NCBI RefSeq assembly: GCF_009914755.1
Contig: NC_060934.1
Direction: 5' to 3' (one strand)
Origin: the human T2T-CHM13v2.0 reference genome, Homo sapiens
DNA length: 64,000 bases
The position numbers and the translations under genes were made by a program. The notes below the pieces were generated by a model, which saw only the letters and a program-made list of their open reading frames with translations, was not told the DNA's origin and did no database searches. The first letter of the stretch is position 1. Every line of letters begins with the position of its first letter. Positions 39,295 through 52,355 of the stretch are shown here, piece by piece.

Positions 39295-39874
39295 CTGCAA
39301 ATAGAAAAAGATCCCGATTATTCAAGCAGTCTATTGAAATATAGACAGTAAACTCTCTTTCAAGGGCCACCAGGATGCCAGAGCACTGGGTTCATAACAC
39401 TCAGATGTCTTGTCCAAGGCTTTTTACTGCACACCTGATGCTCAGAGATGGCAGGAAGGGCAGGAAAACTAGATGTTTATGACAAGTTACACGTTCTGGA
39501 AACATTGGCCTGAGTCATGAATTGGTTTTCTCTGCTGGGCATCTATTCTTAATTTATCTAATGATGTGTCAACGGGGATCATCTAATTCGATAACCACCT
39601 CCGCCAAGCCCAGGAACCCCTGAATACAGGCTCATATCCTCAATGGAGAGGAAAGACAGAATTCTGGAGGTGGCTGGAACTTGGGGCCACAGGTTTATGT
39701 GGGAGATTAGTCAGTAGTCCTGAAAGGAAACAGCAACGGTGGTTACCAGGAGCCCCCTCCCTACCTTGGTCCTTTGGAGTCCTCCACATTTGCCGGTTTA
39801 GACTCTAATTCAGTTGCTCCCTGCTGCTTGGCATCATGGAAGTCAAGGTCCAGAGAGCAAAACAATAGAAATCA

Positions 39875-40254
<380 letters not shown>

Positions 40255-40719
40255 TTATCAGAATTGGGGGACAGGGGACACTGGACCAAGGCACATGTAG
40301 CTTTGCTGCATTTCAATGATCGGTTGTATCAGTTTTTGTCCAGTATTTTTAAATGACCAAGGTGTTTCATTTTTCCTAATCAGCAGATTGTTTGTCCTAA
40401 CAGTAAATTGCTCATGTGTCCAAAAGAGTATGCTATGATTTTTAACAAAGCATCTAACCAGGTCTATACTCATTTGTTTCTATTATGGTTATGTGTGAAG
40501 CACTACAAAATACAACATGGAAGATGGACTACACCCCAGCACTTAGTGAAGGCTAACAGGGTCCTGGCCCCCGTTTAGACGTTCATTATGGAACATGCTT
40601 ACAATGAATCCTTGCATAGAGCTGCACAGGATCTGGAATAATATATGTAACCGCTAAGCTCCCACTGCTTGCAGAGAATCTTTGCTTTGGGGGCCTGAGG
40701 GCATAACTGGATGCCCAAC

Positions 40720-40900
40720 AATTGCCACAGCAGCTCCCAAATCCCAACATGCAGAGAATGGCCTGGGATGTTACAACTGCAAGTTCCCCAGACCCCAGAG
40801 ATTGATTCTGTAGATTGTGGGTGGCACCCAGGCATCTGCATTTCAACTGCATTTCAAGTGATTGTGATGTAGGTGATCTGGGTCACACACTTTGAGAAAC
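40720..40900. mobile_element. MER5-type fragment
   Basis: CCCAGACCCCAGAGATTGATTCTGTAG..CCCAGGCATCTGCATTT..AAGTGATTGTGATG..CACACTTTGAGAAACAC. Confidence 0.65.
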
Positions 40901-41128
40901 ACAGACAAGTCATGAGGCTGCTGGTCTTCTCAAGACAACACATTTTGGAGAGGAAGGGCCTATGTGTGTTGGAAGCAGGGTATTTGCTCATTCCAAGATG
41001 TGACAGCAAGCACAGTAGCATTTTTATTTTCTTCAGGGCAGGACTAATATTTACTGACTCAAATAATTGCATGTTCCCCACTAGCTGGACATTTGGCATG
41101 GCAAGTCCACATGGCTGCAGGAGGGCCA

Positions 41129-41165
41129 GTGTGTGTGTGTGTGTGTGTGTGTGCGTGCGTGTGTG
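41129..41165. repeat. (TG)n microsatellite
   Basis: Seen directly. Confidence 0.9.
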
Positions 41166-41172
41166 ATCTTAG

Positions 41173-41726
<554 letters not shown>

Positions 41727-42363
41727 TCAATGCAGTAGCACTGAGTCATGAAAGGGGACTTTCAGCCCTCTCTTTTAGCCCAGCGGCTACCTCACACTTC
41801 CCAATCACATCATGCGTTGCTTCCTTGAGGCTAACGCTGCTGGAAGTCCTGCCAGGTGGGGCTTCCTCACCAGCAGTTGTCAGCCCAGGGTTCATCAGTC
41901 ACCTGGGAACTCATCCAAACTCTAATGCCCAGGCCTCATTCCCGAAAAATTACATTAGAATTCCTGGGCAGGGAGGCCCAGGCATCAGTGTTCTTAGAGC
42001 TTCCAGTGAGATTCCAGCCTGTAGCCCCAACATTTCTGTGGCACCCTGAATCCCTTCCCCTTGTAGCACTTTTTATGGATGTAGTTTACACATAAGAAAA
42101 ACTGAAATGCACCTGCTGCCTATTTCACTTGGTACACATTCCCTCCCATTTTAGTTAAATTTAGTTCTGATCATAATTGTTCTTGTGTACCCCACGAGGA
42201 GTGCAATCATACCCAGTAGGAACTCCTTTGACACTGCTCTTTGAAGAAAAAAAAAAAAAGACCCACTTTGGAAACTGCAGTATAGGTCTTATTTTATAGG
42301 GCAATGTTTCCCAAAGTTTGCGCCAGGGACTGCCTGCATAGAAACCACCTAGAGTGAATGAGT

Positions 42364-42367
<4 letters not shown>

Positions 42368-42414
<47 letters not shown>

Positions 42415-42427
42415 TGTGTGTGTGTGT
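42368..42427. repeat. Compound (GA)n(TG)n microsatellite
   Basis: Seen directly; sits inside a MER5-like element starting at about 42302. Confidence 0.95.
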
Positions 42428-42449
42428 TGGTGGGGAGGACATGTTAAAA

Positions 42450-42889
42450 ACGCAGATTTCTAGACCTCTCCTTCCTTGGGCCTAGGTTGCTCAGGATCTA
42501 TGGGGATAAAGCCTAGAATTTGTATCTTTCACCAGCTCCCAGGTGATTCTTCTGCATGGATATGGTGGGAAAGATGCCGGCCTAGGACTCAGGCCACGCA
42601 GATTTCTAGACCTCTCCTTCCTTGGGCCTAGGTTGCTCAGGATCTATGGGGATAAAGCCTAGAATTTGTATCTTTCACCAGCTCCCAGGTGATTCTTCTG
42701 CATGGATATGGTGGGAAAGATGCCGGCCTAGGACTCAGGCCACGCAGATTTCTAGACCTCTCCTTCCTTGGGCCTAGGTTGCTCAGGATCTATGGGGATA
42801 AAGCCTAGAATTTGTATCTTTCACCAGCTCCCAGGTGATTCTTCTGCATGGATATGGTGGGAAAGATGCCGGCCTAGGACTCAGGCCAC
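42450..42889. repeat. Tandem repeat, 3 x 146 bp with apparently identical units (VNTR candidate, MER5-derived unit)
   Basis: ACGCAGATTTCTAGACC starts at 42450, 42596 and 42742; units read identical. Confidence 0.97.
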
Positions 42890-44070
42890 CTGGGTCTAGC
42901 GTGGGCCGGGACTCCCATACTGGCTACAGGACCTTGGACAGGGCCTTTGGCTGCCACAGCTGCTAAGCAAGGAGAAAACAGGGGTGGTTCTCGGGCGGGG
43001 GCCTCCAGGCTTCCTCGTACTGTGGTCTCCAGTATCAAGAGAGTACCTACTCTTCAGGCTTAGGACACCATGACACCCATGAGATTGGCATCAACGAGGG
43101 GTGTGTTGCTGGGAATGAGTGAATGTCATCTCACCCTGGAACAACAGGGATGGGAAATACCTGACTCTGACTACACGTCTGGACTGAGCCCTGAAGCCAC
43201 AGCCAGAGCCCAGGGCTGTGCATGCTGAGGGATGCCCCCAGGCTGTGCTGAGGGGCTGCAGGCCGGTACATCCCTCCAGAAGGACCTAGAGGCCCAGAGG
43301 ACGGGATAAGGAATTAGCCACCATTTCATTAAGTGGGGCCTGGCAAACGTGACCGTGAGTTTTGACTCTATCAGATGTGAACGGATGAGGGAAGAGCAAT
43401 CATGAATGGCATGAACTTCAACTTATTTCTGAAGCCCTGGAATCACTCAGGATGTCAAGGTGACACTGCTCCTGAGGCACAGATACTGACGAATGCCCAG
43501 TTCCAAAGAAAAATAGATTTGCCCTCTCAAAATACCAATGTGTGATGTAATTCTCCAGTACTCTTCCCATGACCCAGCAGAAACGAGTGGATATCTGACA
43601 TAATCCAACCTACAAAGGAGTAAGAGGTGTTCACATCAAAGTGATACCATATTTCAGTGGAATTTACAATGGAATGCATTTGGGTTTACCTGAATGACAT
43701 AAATAGAAATGACTCATTGTATATCCAATACATTGAAATTTTGCTGATAGAAATGTAGAAGTCATGTAATTTTTTAGGTGCAATTCTATTATTCATACAT
43801 ACAGTCACGGTCAAACTCTTTAACTGTGCATTCCACATATTTATTTGGGCACCTACTATGAGCCAAGTGCTGCATTTTCCCAGTGTATTGTCTCAGCTTT
43901 GACAAAAAGTCCCCAAACAACAAACTCGGAGATATTGAAAAGGAAACACTGGCGGACTCTTTGCTCTTTAAAACACAGGACACTCTTGTATGGGAAGTTC
44001 TGTGTATTAAACCCTAGTGTCTCAGTGAGACCCATTAAATGATTGAAGATAAGGTCCAACCTCTTAAAAA

Positions 44071-44473
44071 TCTATATGAGTTTGCCAGGGCTACCATAGC
44101 ACCAAAGTACTACACACTGTGTGACTTAAACAACTGAACTAGTTTTCTCAGTTCTAGGAGGTGGAAATCTGAGATTAAGATGTCACAGGGTTGGTTTCTT
44201 CTGAGGCCACTCCTTGGCTTGTAGACGGCCATCTTCTTCCTGCATCTTTACACGGTCCTCCCTCTGTCCTCTGCTCCATGTCTGGGTCCTAATCTTTTCT
44301 TCTTATATAGACACCAGATTGGATTAGGACCCACCCTAATGACCTCACTTAACCTTAATCACTTCTTTAAAGACCCTACCTCCCAATGCAGTCACATTCT
44401 GAGAAAGTAGAGGATAGGACTTCAACATATAAATTTAGTGGGGGTAGTGGGGGATGCAATTCAGCCCCTAACA
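44071..44473 (-). mobile_element. MaLR solo LTR (MLT1B-like)
   Basis: GGTTGGTTTCTTCTGAGGCC..CTTGGCTTGTAGACGGCC..GGATTAGGACCCACCCTAATGACCTC..CAATTCAGCCCCTAACA. Confidence 0.85.
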
Positions 44474-45569
44474 CATCACTTTGTGTTGCATCCCTCTTCT
44501 GGGTCTCAGAAACCAAGAAGGGGATGAGATGGGGGGTTATTCAATGTTCCTAAGTCAGCCGACTACTTTTAAAACTGGGCAAATTTTCTCTAGAAAGTAA
44601 TTACATCTTTTACACCAAATATCTTCTCAAATTAAGCTGTTTCAGGGTGACATTCCATCCTCCTTTCTACTGGGTTAACGAAACATGTCTTTACAAAGAG
44701 ATTTCTTTCATCTAAAATAAAATTAACTGACATCAGATTTGATTTAAAAGGAGGATGAAAATCATCTCATATTTATGGTAGAACGTTCGCATTGGAGAGA
44801 GGTCAGATGAGTGGCTGGGTTTTGTGTCTTGCTTTGGTGAACCATCCATTTCCTGACCAGCACCACATAACACATTTTTTTACATTTTCTTTCTCATAGA
44901 TGCTGCTTTAAGATATTGATTTCTCTTAAATGTTTCAAAGATGATTTTGTAGTGCTGGTAACTGCTTTCATAGTTTTATGCTTTTATTGACTGTTTTTAA
45001 CTTTATATTTATGCCTTGAGGTATTTCTAAGAAGGGCATAATTTCATAAATTGAAGCCAGAAAGAGTCAAGTAGCAGATGATCAGAGGAATCGGCTCCTA
45101 AGCCACTGGAGAGGCGATGCCTCCATTCCTGTAGCAATTTATTTCTCCAAAGAATAAGGCTCTCCTCCCATCTCTACCTTGAAACCTGAATTTTTCCCCA
45201 TTGCTGCTCTGCAGCCTACGATGTACTTGCCCAACAATTCTTTGGCTGCAGCTTCCCACAGAAGACTCTGCAGTCCTCTCCGCGTTTGCTGCAAACCTGC
45301 CTTCCTCCATTGAGTTGATCTGGAGCCATGGTCACTAGATAATCTGTCAGCCTAGGGGCATTTCATCTCGAATGGAAGCGCATTTTCCAGTGTATGAACT
45401 TGCTCTGGTATGTAGCAACAAGGGAAGACAGTTTGAAGACAAATGGAAAAATCTGAGCTTTTCTCACTCTCCATCATGAAATTTTGCCTTTCCGTGCAGT
45501 TACTGAAAACAACTCACTGCAGTGTGATATAGAGCAGTGAGAAGCCAGAAAGAATCTATTCTTCCCCCA

Positions 45570-45778
45570 ATTTTTAACTTGTGGTAAGATATACATAACA
45601 TTTACTCTCTTAGCCATTTTTAAGTATACAACTTGGTGGTATTAAGTGCATTCATAATGTTGTACCACCATCACCACTATCCATTTCAAGAGCTCTTCTC
45701 GTCCTGTAAAACTGAAACTCTATACCCAGTAAATACTAACTTCCCAGTCCCTTTTCCCCATTCTCTGACAACCACCAA
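45570..45778 (-). mobile_element. L1MB 3' end fragment
   Basis: TTAGCCATTTTTAAGTATACA..GGTATTAAGTGCATTCATAATGTTGTACCACCATCACCAC..AAACTGAAACTCTATACCC. Confidence 0.75.
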
Positions 45779-46482
45779 GAATCGCTGTTTTTTTTTTTAA
45801 AGGTGGAGTGGGTAAGTAAATTATGACTGCACAACTGCATCTTATATTCTGCAGAAATTAAAAATACAAATTACAAATAATTTAAATGACATGAGGAATT
45901 GCTTATGAGGGGTATTATAAGAGAATAATACAAGAGAGCTACAAAAGTTAATATGCATCACAGTCTTATGTTAAAATGCTGGGGAAAATAGAGGAAAATG
46001 TACAGATATTTTCTTATTTATATGTTTCTGTATTTTCCTGTTTCTGCATGGGGTTGCTATTACTTTTATTAAGAGGAAAATTTAAAAAACTTCTTAAAGA
46101 AGAGAACTCCGTTCTGTATTTACTCCTTTTAAATAATCATTTGGCAGAAAAGGTGACTTCCCATCATTGCTACAGCTTGAATGCATTTTGGAAGGAAAAG
46201 TGATCAATCTCGTATGGGCCCTGGAGAAGAGGCGGAGACTTACGGCAGCCACAGTCACAGGGCAGCAGGGCAGTCCCTGGAGTGTTTCATCATCTTATGG
46301 CAGCCTTCTAGCGCACGCCCAGGGACAAGCTCTAAACCTTCCAAGTTAGGAGGGAAATTCGAGTCACCTACTGACCAAATTGGATAATCCAGATGATTCC
46401 AGAGCAGGTGGTCAGAAGGTATAATTTCCAGAGTTATTGAACTCAGTCACAGATAATGACCAAGCATGAGAGCGAAAGGGGC

Positions 46483-46626
46483 GAGAGAGAGAGAGAGAGA
46501 CAGAAGTGTGTGTGTGTGTGTGTGTCTGTGTGTGTGTGTGTTCTATGTGTGTGTATGTGTGTGTGTCTGTGTGTGTGTATGTGTGTCTGTGTGTGTGTGT
46601 GTGTGTCTGTGTGTGTGTGTGTGTGT
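46483..46626. repeat. (GA)n followed by a long interrupted (TG)n
   Basis: Seen directly. Confidence 0.95.
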
Positions 46627-48042
46627 TACAGGGATCCAGCCACATAGCCACAAACATTGACATCAACATTAGTGACTAAACTCTAATTAATTTTTGAGAT
46701 CAATAGGAAAATGCTGAAATTTGCCAGCTCAGTGTGAAAAACAGGTGACAAATATCCTCAGTTGATATCTTTCTTAAAAAAGTGTAGCAGTGGAGCTCAG
46801 CAGAATCGCCCCCATGCCCTTCCCTGACTCAATCTCTCTCCTCCTAACTGGCATCTCCACCCAAGGACAGCTCTCAGTGATCCACTGCTCTTTGCATTCA
46901 TTTTCCTCCCCAAACCTAGGGCTCTGACTCCTGCTCCGAGGGAACAAATTAATTATAGCCATGCATCTTTACATCTTGAGACAGTGAGCTTGGTGCTTTC
47001 ACATAGAAAGGAATTTAAATATTGATGAGTAAATCTCAGGACCCCAAATAACTTCCTTTCTCCATCTTGTGGGATTTCAGGCCCGGAGTCTCTGAAGGAA
47101 ATGTTGAGCTTTATTAAATACGGAGCTAAATCAAAGTAATACCTAACACAAGCGTTTTGGGTAAAAAAATATTTTAACAGGTATCTTTGCCACTTTAATC
47201 TGTAGTGAGAGATTGATTCTTATAATTCCACTCTCTCTTAGAACTACAAAATTTGGCGGCAGAATCTCCATCTGTGACAGATAGCAGATGCCTTGTAAAC
47301 TGTAACATCTTGGACAGTTTTTTAAGGTGAGAAAGTCCATACTGTAAATCTGGTTAACTCAAAAGGGATTTCCACCATGACAGTCCTTTAGAGCAAGCTA
47401 AGTACAAAAGCTCCAGAGCCAGGCAGGTTATACGAGCTGTGAGATTTGGGGCAAGTCACCTACTGAAGCTGTAGTTTTCTCATTTTTAGGTATTAATATA
47501 AGAGCAGTACCTGTCTTGTGGGGCTATGGGAAGGATTAACTGCATCAGTCGATTAGTCAGAGCCTGGTGTATGATACATTGACGATATTAACCACTGTGC
47601 ACCAAGCTCTTTTGTTCCCTACGATCTGAAATATTTCATTTTATAAATATGACCTCTAATTTTCCTCCCTATTCAGACCACTGACACTTTTTGCAGTTCT
47701 AACAACCTATACCAGCTTGTTAGATTTCAGAGTACCTCTTTCGCATCTTCAAAATGCTGTATGGCATAATTCTCCCTCTCTTTCTATGTCTCTCTCTAGC
47801 TGATAAATTTTAGTTTAAAATTGGGAGCAATTGCCATATTCTAAGATGCTGCAAGCTTACAAATTGTTGCTGAAGATGATAAAAGAATAATTAAATCTAT
47901 AGCACGGTTAGATTGTTTGCTACATTAATTCAATTTTGACTAAATAAAATAAAATGCAATCACATCACAAGTAGGTCAGTGATTATATTTTATAGATGGG
48001 TGCATTTTGCTGACTATTCTAGAAGTTAGAAATGTATGTTAC

Positions 48043-48134
48043 CTTGGTGAAGTCAGATTTCGCCTCTGTGACATCAGACTGGAGATTTTTAAGGGCAATT
48101 TGATCTCTTCTACTGTGGTAGCTGTCCCGTAATC
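48043..48134 (-). CDS. C10orf90: C10orf90/FATS internal coding exon, 92 nt ((G)LRDSYHSRRDQIALKNLQSDVTEAKSDFTK)
   Basis: Acceptor TCTTCTTTTGCCTAG|GA and donor ACCAAG|GTAACA. Open frame, phase 1 in and phase 0 out, fitting both neighbouring exons. Confidence 0.93.
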
Positions 48135-49290
48135 CTAGGCAAAAGAAGATAATATTGCTACTTTTTAGTATATAAAAGGATAAAATGGAATATATAACTC
48201 TACTGTAAAATTTAATGTCACCTACTCACATATTCTATCAGCCAACAGTAAATCCAGGATAGTCTAACCATGACAAAACCTTGTACACTTCTCTTATTTC
48301 ATGCCCTCCATTTAACCTCTCTGGGTTCGTTATTAGTTTATTCAGCTGCAAGATTTCTTCTTCCATATGATCGTTTGTGTCCCTTAGACTCAGTCACAAT
48401 TGCATAATTTTAGCCCTATCATATTCACCAGTGTCCCAAGTTTATACTCAGCAGAAGAGAGACTCACATCTATAGATGTCCCAACATCACTAGAGCTAAG
48501 AATGGGTGAAATACAATACTGATCTTCATTCAGCCTCTTAATGCAACCATCATTGGAAGGGTCATGGATGACTCAGAAACTGATATGAACACTGTTTTAG
48601 ACCCTCTGAGGATAATTTAGTGATCATATAATGACACACTCTATGTAAAATCCCCCACATGTGCCTCTCTGTGAGTATCTGCCACAAAGATAGCTAAGAA
48701 TATTGTCAGATCCAACTGGACGGAGCAGTAGACCAAGAACTGGAGAACCGGGATTCTAGTGCTGGATGCCCCAAACACTGGCTTAATAACAGTGGATATA
48801 TCTATGGATCTATTCTGCCTGAATTCCTCATCCACCACACCTGCCCTGAGTACCTCACGGAGTCCTGGGCAGAAGCTTTCTCTTAGCTGCAAGCCAGCAG
48901 TACTGCAAAGCCTACCCAGGGCTTACACAGCCTTACGCTACAGACCCTCAGCAGCCACAGCACCGCCCTGCGCCCCCCTCTCCACCCCCCATCTCTAAAA
49001 GTGACCTTTGTCAGGTCGCTAATGTAGAAACGTGAACCAAACACAGGGAAATGGTATGAGCGTGGAAGTAGGAAGCAAGTCCAGGAAGAGGCCCATTTTC
49101 TGCAGCCCAGGGTAACCACTCTGCCTCTGCAATGGAAATACTCTAGGAAAGGTGATTTTTCAAGGGGCTGCAATAAATGGCTCCCCAACTGCTAGTGCAG
49201 GTGATGAGAAAGAAGAGATTTATGAAAGCAGCTCCCTAGAGTTCTGCCTTTATCAACTCATCAAAAAGTTTCATGAACAATTTAGATATA

Positions 49291-49875
49291 CAGTCACGCT
49301 CTGCATGACAACCTTTCGGTCAATGAAGGACTGCATATATGACAGTGGTCCAATAAGATTATAATGGAGCTGAAAAATTCTTATCACCTACTGACGCTGT
49401 AGCCATCAGAACGTTGTAGTATAATTGTTTGTTTAAATAAAAGTAGTGTAGCCTAAGTGTGTAGTGCTCATAGTCTACAGTAGCAGACAATACTGTCCTA
49501 GGCCTCCCCATTCACTCACCACTCACTCACTCATCCAGATCAACTTCCAGTCCGGCAAGCTCCATTCACGGGAATTGTCCTATACAGGTAGGCCATTTTC
49601 TATCTTTTAGCCTGTATTTTTACTGTATCCTGTTTATGTTCAGATATGTTTAGATATACAAATACTTACCATTGTGCTGCAATTGCCTACAGTATTCAGC
49701 ACAGTCACACACTATACACGTTTCTAGCCCAGGAACAATATGCCATACCATACCGCCTAGGTGCATAGGAGGCTATACCATCTAGGTTTGTACATTCTAC
49801 AAGGTTCACACACCAACAAAATCCTCCAACCACATTTCTCAGAACATATCCCCATCCTGAAGCACTGCTTGACTG
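49291..49875 (+). mobile_element. Tigger3-family (MER7/Golem) non-autonomous TcMar element
   Basis: TA|CAGTCA...TGACTG|TA termini with TA TSD; internal ATAAGATTATAATGGAGCTGAAAAATTC and GGCTATACCATCTAGGTTTGT. Confidence 0.85.
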
Positions 49876-50639
49876 TAACTGAAAGCATTTTATGAGGAAA
49901 ATAATGTGCTCTAATATTTTCAAGTTTGGAAGATTTGCAAAAGGGTCAGGACATGGCTCGAGGGAATTTCAAGGGCCACCATTGACCTGTCCAGAGCCTG
50001 GCTATGTCTCATCTTGTCCTTGGGTGACAGTGAGCGCCATCAGCTCTAATTCAGATGTGGGGCCCTGCCTCCATCTATGACTGCTATTGAGTGACAGAGA
50101 CAGTTATCCAAGATGACGTGCACAGATTACTTTTCGTGAAGCACAAATATAAGGGCTGAAAGGTCTTTTGGATTCCTGCGCAGAGATGATGCATCATGAT
50201 GAACTGACAATAAAGCTGATGAAGACAGAAATCACCTGCTCTGGTCATGTGGCATCGCATGTGGTTAAGAACTTTGGAGTCAACACAGGCTGAGGCTAGA
50301 CAGGTCTAGGCCTGCATCCTGCTTGGCCCCAGGCCGACCTACAGTGGATGGGCTGTGTACCCTTTCTGAGTTTCTTCTTTTATAAAATGCATGCAATAAC
50401 ACCTCCTGCAAAAATGCTGCTTTGCCATCCGAGCACTGAGGATATCGTATGGAAAGCATTCGGGCAGGGTGGGGTGTGGAGTTAATGTTTGATAAATGAC
50501 ACCAGTTATGATTGGCAATGAGCAGGATCAAGGCAGCCCTCCCCAAGACCCAGCTGGTTGCTATCACTGTGGCATCAGTGGTCAGAAAGCCACTGGAATC
50601 ACACCACAGAGTCCCAGCACCTGAATCCCAGATCTTGTT

Positions 50640-50800
50640 ACTCGTGTGGCTTTGAGCAAGTTACTTAGCATCCTTTGGTTCCTCACCATGAGATGAAGAC
50701 AATGAGGGTATCCACTTCAGAGGGTTACTGAAAGAAATTAAATGACATAACCAGCCCTTAGTGCAATGCTCAGAACATAACAACATACAGTAAACACTAG
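50640..50800. mobile_element. MIR
   Basis: GTGTGGCTTTGAGCAAGTTACTTAGCATC..TTCCTCA..AATTAAATGA core. Confidence 0.6.
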
Positions 50801-50866
50801 CTTTGGGGAGATGCCTCGTCTCCAGCAGGGAGGCGGAGGGACTGCCATGATCAGATACACAAAGGC

Positions 50867-51347
50867 TGAGCATGAGCTGCCTGTGGCTGCTGCGACAAAC
50901 GACCACAAATTCAGGGCTTACACAACACAAATGTGGTATGCTCCAGTTCTAGAGTTCAGAAGTCCAACCTGGCCTCACTCGGCTAAAATCAAGGTGGTGG
51001 CAGGGCTGGGTTCCTTTCTGAAAACACTAGGGAAGAATTCTCTTCCTTGCCTTTTTCAGCTTGTAGAGGCTACCAGCATTCCTTGGCTCACAGCCCCGCA
51101 TCACTCAAACTTCTGCTTCCAATATCACATCTCCTTATCTGACTCTGACCCTTCTTCCTCCCTCTTGTAAGGACCCTTGGATTAGATTGGGCCCACCTGG
51201 AAAATGCAGGCTACATTCCCCATCTCAAGGTTATTAACTATATCTCATTTGCCAAGTCCCTTTGGCCAAGGCAACATATTTATAAGTTCCAGGGATTAAG
51301 ACATGAACATCTTTGGGGGTGGAGGGGACATTATTCTGCCCACCACA
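50867..51347 (-). mobile_element. MaLR solo LTR (MLT1D-like)
   Basis: CAGTTCTAGAGTTCAGAAGTCC..GCTAAAATCAAGGTG..GATTGGGCCCACCTGG..TTATTCTGCCCACCACA. Confidence 0.82.
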
Positions 51348-51841
51348 GACTAGTTGGGGAGATGGAGGTAGATGTGTTGGATGTAATGTAGGGCCTTTAA
51401 AATAATGAATATAAAGTCTACATAGCAACATGAGAAAGTGCTTACAATGCTATGTTTATCAAAAGAAAGAAAAAGCCTATGAACCACATGACTGCAACAT
51501 TTAAAAAGTGTGTGTAGGAATCTAAAAAAATAGTAAAGTTGTAACTGCATCAAGAAATTGCCCTGGTTAAAGAAACGGGCAGAGGGTGTGCAGGCCCTGA
51601 ACACAGCAGCATACACACTAAATAGAGCTTTGTCTCTAACTTAACTTCACTGATTCCCATGCCCCTATCTGTGAAATTAGAATATGCAGTCAAGACTGTC
51701 TGAGTCCTGCCCTTTGCTGGGGAACTGCCCCATACCCCAGCTGTTGGGAGAGTGACTGACAATGGCTCATAGCTTCACTCTGAGAATGACCCTCCACGTT
51801 GAAGCATGGCCCAGGATGACTCTTAGGAATACAAAGGTTGG

Positions 51842-52355
<514 letters not shown>

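Noticed and set aside
38098-39300. Treating the 400-aa ORF as a single-exon gene starting MQETL
   Set aside because: The called start is a TTG inside the splice acceptor (TTGCAG|GAG). The exon boundaries are 39294 and 38166.
42450-42889. Repeat arrays as CRISPR-like loci (also 4104-4433 and 24572-24666)
   Set aside because: Head-to-tail units without unique spacers, no cas genes, and eukaryotic context.
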